Made by a program: the position numbers and the translations under genes
The notes under the pieces: model-generated
Told to the model about the DNA's origin: nothing
What the model saw: the letters and a program-made list of their open reading frames with translations, nothing else
Databases searched by the model: none
Origin: Octopus vulgaris
Taxonomy: Eukaryota
Length of the DNA: 64,000 nt
Direction: 5' to 3'
Assembly: GCA_951406725.2 (NCBI GenBank)
Contig: OX597831.1
Coordinates: 30,876,001-30,940,000, forward strand
In this document: positions 27,378 to 40,113 of the stretch, one piece after another
Layout of the letters: the number at the start of each line of letters is the position of its first letter
How positions within the stretch are numbered: the stretch's first letter is position 1

Positions 27378-28310
27378 TACAGGTGACTAGAACAATATAT
27401 AGTCAATCAAATAATTCCTAGAGGTCGAGCAACACATAACTGAAGAAAACAACCTGTACACTTTAGACGTAGAAGGCTTGATTACCAACGTCCCAATAGG
27501 AAAAATATGAACCATATTAAATAAGGTATGTAATCGTCCAAGAATAAAGCCATCCGTGATGCCAGCTAATATACTGAAGAAATTATTAGGTCTGTTTAAG
27601 AGAAGTACTCCTTTGCTATCCAGCAGGAAAATTATATTAGCAAAAAGATGGTGTAACTCCTTTAGAAGATACGTTCGTAGCATCCATCGTGACAACCAGA
27701 ACAAATTGATTCCAAGTACAATACAAAAAAAAAAGTACCTAGGCGATAATGGACACATCGGAAGACGACAAGAAATTATAGAAAGACCTAGAAACAACTC
27801 TGTTTTAAAATTCACTATTCAGAACTGTATAAATAAAATTTCTATGCAATTCAATGACTCCATTTTATATATATAAATATTCAAATCGATGACAATATAC
27901 ATACCACGTTTGAGTCCACTGTGTCACGTCCGAGTGACACAGATTAATGTAAATAGCAGCATGAATACAACGAACATTGATATATATATATATATACATA
28001 GAAAATGTCAATTATAAAATTTCTATTTAGAAGAGCATTTAATGAAGTCGTTGATAACGAAGTTCACTGAATAAAATCAACGCTATTCAACAACGGAAAT
28101 TCGAACAATAAATTAGTCTAATTCACAGAAGAATGCTAGAAAAAATACTTAGCAACAAATGCCTCAGGCATCACGCCTATAAAAAATACACTAATCACTC
28201 ATAAAGCGTATTAAATGAAAACTATAGAATTGATGAAGACATTATTAAAAATATCGTAAAAGGTAAAATACATTACAGCAAATAATTATATACCATCATA
28301 TATATCCTAT

Positions 28311-28649
28311 ATATTCTGTTGTGTCTGGGGAGAGTCATTTTCTTTTTGTGCCTTATAATGCAACACACTCACCGGTAAAATTTCCACTTTTTTCTTATTT
28401 TTATTTTCTTAAAATTTTCGTTGCGTCTTGCAACCTTTTCAATAGTTTTGAGAGTCAAGACTATTGAAAAGGTTTCAAGACGCAAGGAAAATTTTAGGAA
28501 AATAAAAATAAGAAAAAAGTGGAAATTTTACCGGTGAGTGTGTTGCATTATAAGGCACAAAAAGAAAATGACTCTCCCCAGACACTACAGAATATGCTTC
28601 AACACACGAACTCATATAAAGAATCTTGTAAACCAAATCCAAAAACGAA
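28311..28649 (+). mobile_element. Fold-back (141-bp arms) pLTR-like insertion with 13-bp TSD
   Basis: Arms at 28311-28451 and 28455-28595; TSD atatcctatatat at 28302-28314 and 28650-28662. The 3' part recurs at 38105-38200. Confidence 0.8.
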
Positions 28650-28980
28650 ATATCCTATATATGTTTCGAAAAGTTTTGCTGCAGTCATCTCTGCCCAGGC
28701 AATGAACTGTGTTTGGTATACCCCTTGAACCTGTATAAACCTAATATAATTTGTTCCCTCGACCACATGCATAGCTGAAGTATTGGAGCAAGTGTAGTCT
28801 ATTGACCTGAATATAGCAAATACTTCCTGCAGAATAGCGGTGGGATAAAATGAAAGATTGAAGATGACTACCAGGATTTGGACTTGATCATTAATGAACG
28901 AAGTTAATTATTGCTCAAAGTGTTACCATCTGTGTCGCCCTTACAAACCTGATAATTATATCACAATATATTGTATATTG

Positions 28981-29480
28981 AGCAGGGTCTGGAAGAGTAG
29001 AGACATCAGACTCGCTACCAAATGCAGATTGGTGAATGCAATTGTCTTCCCAATAGCAACATAGGGATGCGAGACCTGGACACTAAAGAAAGTTGACCAG
29101 AAGAGAATTAATGCATTCGAGCTTTGGTGCTGGAGAAGACTTTTACGGATTCCATGGACAGCGAGGCTCACCAATGGAGAAGTTCTTAAGCAGATCAGGC
29201 CGAAAATGTCGCTAGAAGCTAAGATCACCAAGCATAGATTGGCATATTTCGGTCATATTATGCGGAGAAAATCCCGGAGAAGGACATCATGCTCGGAATG
29301 GTCAGTGGCAAGAGAGGAAGAGGCCGACCAAGAGCCCGCTGGCTTGACACCATCAAGAGTGATACCGGAATGGACATAGCCAATCTGAAAGAAGCGGCCC
29401 AGGATAGAACTGACTGGAAGACACTGATCCAACGAGTAACCGAGAGTCGACTTCGACTGAGCGGATAGATAGATAGATAG
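28981..29480 (+). mobile_element. 3' end of a BovB-like RTE LINE, 5'-truncated, (GATA)n tail
   Basis: VWKSRDIRLATKCRLVNAIVFPIAT*GCETWTLKK...INAFELWCWRRLLRIPWTARLTN...YFGHIMRR/EKDIMLG...RGRPRARWLD...SRLRLSG*. Confidence 0.9.
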
Positions 29481-30506
29481 ATATTGTATTAAGATAATAG
29501 TTACGATAATAGTTTCAAATTTTGGCACAAGGCCGGTCATTTCAGGGAGTGCAGGTTAGTTGCATGATTATACATTCCATCATTTAAGTTTACTTGTTTT
29601 TGAAATAACTAAAGATTAAAGTAAAAGTTCCAGGTACGTTTGAAAGGATTAATAAAGTTCGTTGATTAGTGGTCATTAACTGTATTCATGCAACTTTTTG
29701 TAAGAAGCAAATCAATTCTATGTTTCCTCAGCGCAGCTTGTTTGTTATTAAAAACCGGACAAATAATTAGGCAAGCGTGTGTTTGCCCACGAATAAGATA
29801 CTAATGTCTAATGTAATACACCAATTGGACAGCAAGTGTGAAAGTTGTAAACTTAATGTTATATTGTTAGTATAAGCACGGTACTTTTCAACCAACTCAC
29901 CTTTCACTCAGAAGGTGCAATTGCAATGTTCATACACGAAACAAAACTAGCAAGATTAACAACGAACAGCATTTAAACTTTACAAAATTTCCCATAAAAA
30001 TAGAAAATTAACGATGAAAGCAATATTTATACGACGTGTACCTTTTTCCAGTCTACAGAAACATGCAGCAACGTGCTAACGTGCTCTACTCAAGAGAAGA
30101 GAAGAGAAACCTCATTGACCTTACTAAATATCAACCTGTCGCGCCATAACTTTCAGAATTTCAAACGAGGTGGAGACAGTCGTAGATAAACACCACCATG
30201 ATCGTCTTCAGTCTATCGTATTCTCTTGGGCCAGTCCTACCGGTCACACACAAATGGTCTCTTAAGAATTTTATTGAGAGCAATATGTATTCTTTTTTTT
30301 TTTTGGGCAAAGTTAAACATCAATGGGTTCTATTTAACTCTCGTCTCTTTGTTGGGAATTATCAGATCTTTCCAAGCTAGACAATGTTGTCATTCTATCA
30401 ATCCATGGGTATTGCAAGAGGAAGATTACGCCGAAGGGGTGGGGTATGAAATTGTTGTCATTTCTAACCACTGTCATCTCCACACACTCCAAAGAAGGAT
30501 GAGAAT

Positions 30507-30738
30507 AAGGCGGCGAGCTGGCAAAAACACTAGCACGCCGGGCGAAATGATTAGCAGTATTTCGTCTGCCGTTACGTTCTGAGTTCAAACGCCGCCGAGG
30601 TCGACTTTGCCTTTCATCCTTTCGGGGTAGATAAATTAAGTACCAGTTACGCACTGGGGTCAATGTAATCGACTTAATCCGTTTGTCTGTCCTTGTTTGT
30701 CCCCTCTTTGTTTAGCCCCTTGTGGGCAATAAAGAAAT
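30507..30738 (+). mobile_element. SINE family A, full length, 15-bp TSD
   Basis: TSD aagaagRatgagaat at 30492-30506 and 30739-30753. Confidence 0.9.
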
Positions 30739-31669
30739 AAGAAGAATGAGAATGTTACTTCATGACAAAACACCGTAATCATCAGATGAAACATAATTTC
30801 AAAAGCAAAAGAAGATTCCAAGAATACAGCAGGGACGTGGCTGAAGTCTGTTGAGGGTTACTACATAGGTTGATTTAACCTCTAGGGAAAGTTATTGCCT
30901 AGGATAGATGTAAGTAGCGTAAAATGTGTCATAATACATTTTAACAATATGAGTTGGAAAAACACAGAACAATAAAAAATATATATCCTGATATCAACAG
31001 ACACATTTGTCCAATCTCAGGCAAAATCAAAATCGTCTTTGTCCCCATTGTGACTTCATGGTAAACCTCGACAGACTTCAACCACATCTCTGCTGTATTT
31101 TGGGGATATTCTTTTGTTTGTAAAATTAAGTTTCATCTGATGATTATGGTAATGTTCTCCTTCTTCTAATGAAAAATGCGTAAGAAACGGCTGTAATGAG
31201 CTGACAATTATCCATCGTCTGTTATTATTCATTTGATTATAATACACCATAGGGATTTATGATACGTCGGACACCCTGGAGTATACAAACGAAGTACAAT
31301 CAACGTAACGTGTGCTTTGGACCAGCCAGCCCCTAGGCGCTAAATACTCATAGGCTCGGTTTTCTCCGTGTACACAACCGGAATATTTATTTGACATTTA
31401 TCAACCATAGCCGGTGGCCACAAGTTTATCCAACCTTACCTGGTGCATGTCTTTTCAAGTACCCGATCCTACCTGAGCCCTTGTCATTTTATATACAATA
31501 TGTTTTATTATGGTAGTTTTTTGCCTAGCGTGAGGCATTTATGTATTGTAATGCCCTTAATTTATTTAAGAGGAATAATTGATGGATTTTTCCCTTATGA
31601 GGTTTTTCCCGCTAACTACTTGATAAATTCTTATAAAGATTTTATTCTATTTTTCCATTATATATATAG

Positions 31670-31872
31670 TCAATCCAAAGATGAACAAACAAGAAAAAAC
31701 AACAACGTGAGAACGTGGAATAAGTACAGTGTTTAATGGACGCTCAGGAACGGAAAGAAAAGAAAGAGGATTTCTCGTTTCGAGCGGAGCTCTTCATCTG
31801 AAATATAGAAAAAGTCCAAAGAAGGGAAGACGGAGAAAGAAAATCGCCAACGATACACACGCGGTCACATAT
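31670..31872 (-). mobile_element. Family P1 pLTR-like copy (subfamily shared with 47467 and 57278)
   Basis: Aligns with 47467-47660; degenerate hammerhead at 31770-31804. Confidence 0.65.
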
Positions 31873-32036
31873 TGAAATGACCGGAAGGGAACGGGTGAAG
31901 AAAAAGTTCTTTCAAAGAAGGTGTGAATGTCGGTGTAGGTGTTGTTGGTGGCGAAAAAAAGAGAATAGTGGAAGTAGAAAGAAGAACGGTAAAAGGAGGA
32001 TGTAAAACATACATACATATATATTATGTGCATGTG

Positions 32037-32121
<85 letters not shown>

Positions 32122-32239
32122 AGAGAGAAAGAGAGAGAGATGGGGACAGGATTCGGGACGTTGGAGCGAGCAAATGGTAGGATGTGGGGTAGAAAAGGTA
32201 CAACGGAAGTTCATGTGAACCCACTTTGTCTACTTGATA

Positions 32240-32586
32240 TATCTTTACTACCCACAAGGGGCTAAACATAGAGGAGACAAACAAGGACAGACAAAGGAAT
32301 TAAGTCGATTACATCGACCCCAGTGCATAACTGGTACTTTATTTATCGACCGCGAAATGATGAAAGACAAAGTCGACCTCGGCGGCTTTGCATTTCAACC
32401 TTTCGGGGTCGATAAATAAAGTACTAGTTTCGCACTGGGGTCGATGTAATCGACTTAATCCCTTTGTTCATGTGAACCCACTTTGTCTACTTGATATATC
32501 GTTACTACCCCCAAGGGGCTAAACATAGAGGAGACAAACAAGGACAGACAAAGGAATTAAGTCGATGTAATCGATTTAATCCCTTT
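32240..32586. mobile_element. Rearranged fold-back SINE family A copies
   Basis: A minus-strand body is joined directly to a plus-strand body; flanking 31-bp sequence occurs three times. Confidence 0.8.
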
Positions 32587-33168
32587 GTTTATGTGAACCC
32601 ACTTTGTCTACTTGATAGATAGCAAATTGTCTGTACTTGCCGCTATAGAAGCTGACAGTCAACGAACCACAGAGTATTTGACCCTGATTTATGACCCGGA
32701 AGTGTAGTCAGCATCTCTGTCATTGTTATTGCTGCTGTTATTATTGTATTATCTTGGTCATACACAACTAGACATGGGAAACATGGCCTCGAACATCTAT
32801 GCTCGGTTCTCTTTGTTTCCTATTACATCGTGCCTCTGGCGATGTTGTTAACATTTTACACAGTGAGAATATCTAACGAGCATTTAACATCAGCCATTGT
32901 ATTCCTTTCTAAACACTAAGGGCGTATCTTACCGGCTTGTTACATTCTTAAAATGCAATTATGTAATCCTGACGGAAAAATTACCAGCACGAGAGCACGT
33001 TATAAACAAGGCATTGATTATCACATATTTTTCAATGTTTTATTCATACTACTTGCGTGACGCCGTATTCTGCTCACTAGCCTATCACGTGGTTTAATGT
33101 CCGGTGCGCTTCGACGCAGGGCATCAAACTATATGATAGGCTAGTGTGCAGAACACGAGTCACACTGT

Positions 33169-33397
<229 letters not shown>

Positions 33398-33989
33398 GAT
33401 GCAGTACCAGGCAGTGGCTCTCATGGCTTCTGATCTTAACTGATTGGAAGTGTTATCATGTACATTGTTTTGTCTTGGTATAAAAGATGGGCTACAGCAA
33501 ATATTCTGCTCAATACCACAGATTTGCTTGTCAGTTGTTTGACCTTAACCAGTTGAGCATGTCCCTTAGTGGCTGACGATATGTGCATCTCTGATCACGA
33601 GCAGAAGTAGTGGGGGAGCACCATAGCCATGTGTTGAGAGGGATTCTTTGGGGTTTGAATAATTCACCTCTGGAAACATGGGTGGTTCTTTCAACATCCT
33701 TAAACAACCCTTATTCAGGGACCTTTTGAGCGGGATGGGCTACTCAACCTGAAGAAAATTCTAACTGGGCCCCACCTGCAAGGTCATGTGCTGTTTATCT
33801 TGATATGAGATCACCATGTCGCGCACATATGGTTGTGATGCATGTGTCTGGTGTACCTTTATCAGACGGGTAGTCATGATGGGTATATTGGGCTTCGTAT
33901 ATTTTACCCCAGTGTCACTTTGATGGCATGCACTGCTCTCTCACTCAATAATAATAATAATAATAATAATAATGATAATAATATATGCA

Positions 33990-34348
33990 TATTCTTTTAT
34001 TCTTTAATATCTACTTGTTTCAATCATTTGACTGTGACCAAGCTGGAGCACAGCCTTAAAGGTTTTTTCTTTTAGTCGTAGAAATCGACGCCAAGATTTA
34101 TTCTTTGCAACCCTAGTACTTATTCTATTGGTCTCTCTAGCCGAACCGTTACGTTACGGGGATGTAAACACACCGACATTTGTTTGTCAAGCGATGGTAG
34201 GGGGACACACACGTCTACCAAATCCACTCACAAGGCTTTGGTCGGCCTGAGGCTATAGCAGAAGACATCCGAGGTGACACGCAGTGGGACTGAACCCGGA
34301 ACCATGTGGTTGGGAAGCAAGCTTCTTACCACACAGCCACGCCTATGT
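33990..34348 (-). mobile_element. SINE family B with internal deletion
   Basis: Matches the consensus on the minus strand. Confidence 0.8.
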
Positions 34349-34356
34349 ATAGGCAT

Positions 34357-35590
34357 ATAAACTGAACCACAAAAGAAACGTTGCACACGTACTAAATAGA
34401 AGCCAGTTTATTACAGACTATCATAACAATGATTGAATAGTGCTAATTAAAAGACCGATCTTTTTTTAATGATAAAACGTCATTTCCTGAAACATGTTTG
34501 ACGTCACATGGAGTCACGTGATGACGGATTGTCCTGGATCCAAAGAGATGAACTCAATATCTCGTGTGACCATCATTAGCGTAGATTACCTCCAGGCATC
34601 TTTTGTACATTGAATGCACCAAACGATTGAGTAAGGCCATGGTAATAGCTGCCCACACTGTTAAAACTTCCAGTGACTTGTGCCACAATTGTTGGCCTTG
34701 GACAGATGTCATTTACTCTTCTTTGGATTTCGTCCCACAAGTGCTCTATGGGTTTCAAGTCCTGATTTAGGGCAGGCCATGGTAGTGTCTGGATGTTGTG
34801 CTGTTGGAGGACGTTTGTTGTCAACCTGGCAGTATGAGCAAAGGCGCTGTTGTGTTGGAACAAGTGATTCTGATGACGAGCAAAGTATGATAATGTGAGG
34901 CCTCAATACTTGGTCGATATAGCTAGCAGCAGTTACTCCATTTCCCCGGCCTTGGCCGATGTTTTAGATGACCACCGGTCCAAGTTTCTGACTGAGTCCA
35001 ATTCCGCCCCATAACATGAGACTCTGTCCTCCCCATGAGTCTCTCTCCTCCACACAGCCATCGACATGACATTCACCCCTGCTCCAAATCCTAACTCTGC
35101 CATCTGCCACAGAAATGCAATATCAACTTTCGTCAGAGAAGACTACAGTTCCCCTCTGCTGATATCGCCAGTTCTGACGTATTTGAGCCCACTGCAGACG
35201 TGCTCATCGATGACGATCTATGAGGATGGGGCCCCAAGCCGGACGTCGTCGAGACAGATTGAAGTATCTCAGCTGGCGGTGAACTGTCTGCACAAATGGG
35301 TCAATGGTGAGTCCCTATAGTCTGCCTAGCTGATTGTTGTCCTCCAGAATTGGTCCTGCAAGTGCTATCGGTGCAGATGGCGATCTTGACGTGCCGTTGT
35401 AGCCTTCGGTTGGCCACTGCGTGGACGACCATCCGCACTGTTTGTGGCATTGTATCGTTCCCTCAGCCGCTCAATTGTCCGAATATTGCAGTTCAAGTCA
35501 TTAGCAGTGACACATGGACGTTGTCCAGCATGGAGACGTCAGATGGCTTGCTCCCTCTGATTTCGTGTCAGTCTTAGCATGCTTGCTGCG
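34357..35590 (-). mobile_element. Decayed Tc1-family DNA transposon (DD34E transposase pseudogene)
   Basis: FSDES (~35130-35142) and QHNSAFAHTARLTTNVLQQHNIQTLPWPALNQDLKPIEHLW; TIR-like end taaactgaaccacaaaagaaacg at ~34358. Confidence 0.85.
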
Positions 35591-35605
35591 TTCGGTAAAC
35601 GAATT

Positions 35606-37070
35606 TATTCTCCACTAACTACAGGACTTAAACATAGAGGGGGCAATACAGGACAAAAAAGGGAGACATACATGGGCTCAGAGACTTGAACGTATGTTTA
35701 AACAATATTATAAATGATAATCCGTAATTAGTTGTGACAGCAGTTACTCGACATAAACCCACAGTTCCGAGAGACTCGAACACTGCACGATTGCGTGCGG
35801 AACAGTTTCATTGCTCTGATTGCATCGTGGGCACGTAGGCGAAACCGGAGTGGCGTGCCTAGAGAGTTTATCACGAACTGGCAAAGCTTCCCGAAAACAC
35901 TCGAAAACGTTGAGGCAAGAGTTACCCCTCCTATCTGGATTCGAGCCTACGCAATCTACCAAGAAAATTCTCTAGGCCTCTGAAAAAGTCAGACTGATTT
36001 ATCCTGCAAGGGGCGTAGACAGCTATCAGCCTGAAAGACTCACTGTTGTGTGTCAGTTCGAGGACGACCAAAATGCCCTTCGGGTCAACAAAGATGGTTC
36101 TTGTTACTAGCTTGAGTGCCTTTCTGAGCAACACTACGACTTCTCCCTACCCTTCATGTTGACATGGAGAAATAACTTTCTCGTAGTCATTTAGGAGGGG
36201 TGAAATGGCTTGCAGTCCACTCAGTCTGGTCTCAGTAATAGCTATTACATCAAACCGATGCGACTTGAGGTGGTTAAGGAGACGTCCTTGTTTCCAGTCT
36301 GACCCCAGGCCGCGAGCATTAATACTCCTAAGTCGAGCGAAAACAAGAGGGTACTTTCATTTTAATCGAGGTGAGGTGCAGGCCTCACCTCGACTGGCTC
36401 AGCTGTGGTTGGTAGGTTGTATTTTACGAGATCTTTGTATAAAATATCCGAGAAACTTTTCACCCAAGGACCGATATCACTTGGGTGGGATTTCTTTAAA
36501 CGTTCATAGTTTTTGTAATTAATTCTATAGAATTCAATGTTCGATGGAATGATGGTTTTGCATAGAAGTCTATAATATTTTGTGTTCTTTTTGTTTCAAT
36601 ATTTCTTTTTCTAAGATTTTGTTTTTTTATTGTTTATGGCTGCTATAGCCATGTGGAGTGGGGGGATTGCATATCCTGTGTGTGGTTTTTTTTGTGTATG
36701 CGTGCGTGAAGTTTGTGTGTGCGCACGTGTGTTTGTTAGTGCATCTGTGGGGGCAGAGACTATCCCTTGTCTTTTCTTCCTTCCAGCCAGCTCCCAGACG
36801 TCCGCTTCTTCATCCTTTGTCTCATCTGCATCCGCTAGTAATGGTTTTGCTGGTAGTGGAGGTCCGGTAAGTTTTTGGAGCTGTTGATGACGCCTTCAGA
36901 GCAGTTGATATCCCCTTCAGAATAGTTGATGTCTCCTTCGATGGGGAGCAGTTTTTTTTTTCTCCGCGGTTAGTGGAGGGCACACCGCGCTAATGTGGCC
37001 TTTTTGGCCGCATTTGTAGCATCGGGGCTTCCTGCCCTCTACCATCACTCTCAATTTTATCTCCCCCACC
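35606..37070 (-). mobile_element. L1/Tx1-clade LINE remnant: ORF1 zinc knuckle, APE endonuclease and C-terminal zinc finger; RT absent
   Basis: CYKCGQKGHISAVC (37021-36980); GSINARGL...FDVIAITETRL (~36330-36222); FRLIAVYAP; LPVRDKL...CPRCNQSNETVPHAIVQC; AATAAA at the 3' end. Confidence 0.85.
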
Positions 37071-37619
37071 GCAATTATTCATCCAAGGTAGACATTCACT
37101 TGCAGTTTTGTTCAACGTTTTAGCCATGCGGGTGGGTGGATCAAACTGATGATCCGATTGTTCTTATTAAAGTATAATCTAAAACCTTCGGGTACATGAC
37201 AGCAGAAATTTATTTTGAAATACAATATGACTATATTTCAAGTATCCATAGACTTAGAAAGACCTTTTTAATATTTAGGAGAATAGATCATTTTATATAC
37301 TTCATAGTAGAAAAGAAAACCTCAATCAGGTCAGGATGTATTCACGTCACTGGCTACTCATAATGAGGATAATATTATATGACATACGATAAATGGATAG
37401 GTTTTAAAAGAATTGATAGAAAGAGGAAGTAAAGAGGAGATAAATAGATATCTTTTCAATTTTCGTCGTGAGACCAGTCCATGCCATAAAGTTTTATACT
37501 TTTTGAATATTAGAAGGGTTGTGTTGATTGAGATGAGTAAAGTATTTCGAAATTCTAAACGTATTTAGTCGCAATCCACAAAAAAAAAAAACCTTATCAT
37601 TTTGCGCTTTATTGTGAGA

Positions 37620-37850
37620 TTGTTGTTGGCATCCTTTTTGTCTCGGGAGACAATGGAGTTGTGCATAAAGTAGTCTAGTCCGGCTTTTACATTTCATGTC
37701 CTGATATATTTCCTGCTGTGGCTGTGTAGTCCTATCCTGGACAAACATTCCCTCTGGCAGGTACCGCAAATGTAGCGAAGACTGTTCCTGGTTGATTGTA
37801 ATGCCATAGTTTCTTGTTGACGTTTTTTCCTGTCTTTCCATTTCTCCTCT
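37620..37850 (-). mobile_element. 3' end of a second RTE-clade LINE
   Basis: ICGTCQRECLSRIGLHSHSR (C-terminal CxxC...H motif) followed by ccattgtctcccgagacaaaaaggatgccaacaacaa. Confidence 0.7.
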
Positions 37851-37857
37851 CTCTCTC

Positions 37858-38098
37858 TGTGAACCCTGCTGTACACTTTCACCACAACTTTCTCTCGCTC
37901 TTTCTTCCTGTTTCTCTTGTACCTGTATTTCAAAGGACCAGCCTTGTCACACTCTGTGTCACGGTGAATCTCCTCGAGAACTACGTTAAGGGTACACGTG
38001 TCGGTGGAGTGCTCAGCCACTTGCACGTTAATATCACGAGCAAGCTGTTCCGTTGATCGTATCAGCTGGGACCCTCATCGTCGCAACCGACGGAGTGC
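37858..38098 (+). mobile_element. SINE family C, 5'-truncated
   Basis: Matches 40253-40492. Confidence 0.85.
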
Positions 38099-38662
38099 TC
38101 CTACTAAGGCACAAAAAGAAAATGACTCTCCCCAGACACAACAGAATATGCTTCAACACACGAACTCATATAAAGAATCTTGCAAACCAAATCCAAAAAC
38201 TAACTAAATTAAATTTGCGATTATTTGGCTAGGTTTACGTATGTGCACTTCTATCCAGTTAAAAATACTTATTTTGAAAGTATCTAAGTTCTTTTCTGAA
38301 GGAATGCGAGCATTTCAGAATTAATTAGTTTTCGTGATTTTATTACCTTTGATTAGAAGTAAAGAAATGGAATATTTCTTCCAAGTATAAATTACACTTC
38401 GAGCTCCTAATGGTATACGGTGAAGTGCTACTAATGATTACGCATTTATCATTATTTTTAGTGTCCTTATCCTTAAAGCACAGATGAATTCACTGAAACT
38501 TGAAGAATTTAATTTTTTTTCCTTATTTTTATTCGAAGGAAGATTGTGTAACCACCTTCCTTAAGTTTTGAGGGATGATGAACAAAACATGTAACTTTCC
38601 CTCTCAATCTTGGCACCAAGTATGTTTTCGGTCAAAATTAATTCTATGTATATAAGTGTGTA

Positions 38663-38694
<32 letters not shown>

Positions 38695-38917
38695 GTGTAT
38701 ACACGTACTCAGTGTACGTATATATTTATATATATATTTATATATATATTTATATATACATATATTTAGTATGTATATATATATATATATATATATACAC
38801 ATGCAACTATATATATAAATATTACATACACATGTATATATATATATACATATATAGATGCATATATATATGTACATATATATGTGCGTATATATATGTG
38901 TGTGTATGTGTGTGTGT

Positions 38918-39000
<83 letters not shown>

Positions 39001-40113
39001 TGTGTGTGGTTTAAAAATAATATAATGTCAGTCAACACCTGAACTACCGTCGATTTCATAGTTTCCGGTCACACAGGCACAGAAATGTAGAAAATTACGG
39101 GAAGTATTTTGAAAAAATATTCTCCCCGAATTCCGTTTCCGGCAAGGTGAATAGCTCGACCCAAAGTCGAGTCACTGGCGAAAAACAAAAACAAATAAGA
39201 AAGAAACTACAAAAATCATGTATTTGTGGAAAGTTAAAAAGGAACCAAAATGTTGCGTGATTAAGATAGATTAAAATATGTCGTTGTGGCAAAAGAAGGT
39301 AATTCTAGAAAAAGCAAAAATATGTCGATGATAGATAGAAGGGGGCAGTAGAAGAGGGGAAAAGGTCTAAGGTGAGTAAAATTAGATGGTTGTATACACG
39401 TGTATGTGAAGTGTTAGTCGGATGAAGTTAACAAGTATTGATTTATAAATGCAAATACCATTATATTACGTCTTTGTATCGAGTGCTAACAAATTTTTTT
39501 CTTTGACATTTTTGGTATAATTTATCAAACCTGATGTGATGCATTTGTTATACATTAGAAATTGTTTGTGTGTGTACGTGTGTACCACGCAGTATTAGTT
39601 GATTTATTGTTGATGTTAAAGAGAGAGAAAGGGAAAGGGAGAGAGGGAGAGAGATAACGACAGACGGACAAATATTCCTTGAGGGATAAACAAAGCAGAA
39701 GAGAAGACGAAAAGAGAAAGATAAAGAGACAGATACGCGAGAAGATATGGCAAGACAGAAAATGACATATTTAAATATAATCCTATTTTTTGGAACAGTG
39801 AATCTCGAAGCAGATACAGCTATAATAGCATGTAAAATTAGGTTAAAAATCCGTTCGACAGGAAAAAAATTAGAAAGCTGCTCGCGGGATTCGATCAGCT
39901 TGCCTACACGACAGACATTCTGCCGTTGGACTAAAGAAGCCCTACGAATTTTTAGTACCTATTTTAGGAACTTTACTCCAGCAAGCGAAAAGTGTATGTT
40001 GTTGGCGTCATTAGAAATAATAAACTGCAAGAGAAAGGAGATAGAGCTATAAATAATAGCCTTTAACAATTGGATGAGAAAAAATGCAACGTCAATGGTA
40101 TACAATTCTTTCT

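Larger units (their letters stand above)
25950..28250 (+). pseudogene. Decayed Penelope-like element reverse transcriptase, interrupted by two SINEs
   Basis: KPDKSNIFILMDEHEYSAKINILLEDENKF (~26550; DKG motif), LDVEGLITNVPI (~27463), Y*QKDGV and FRRYV (~27635-27675). Stops and frameshifts are present; ends approximate. Confidence 0.75.
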
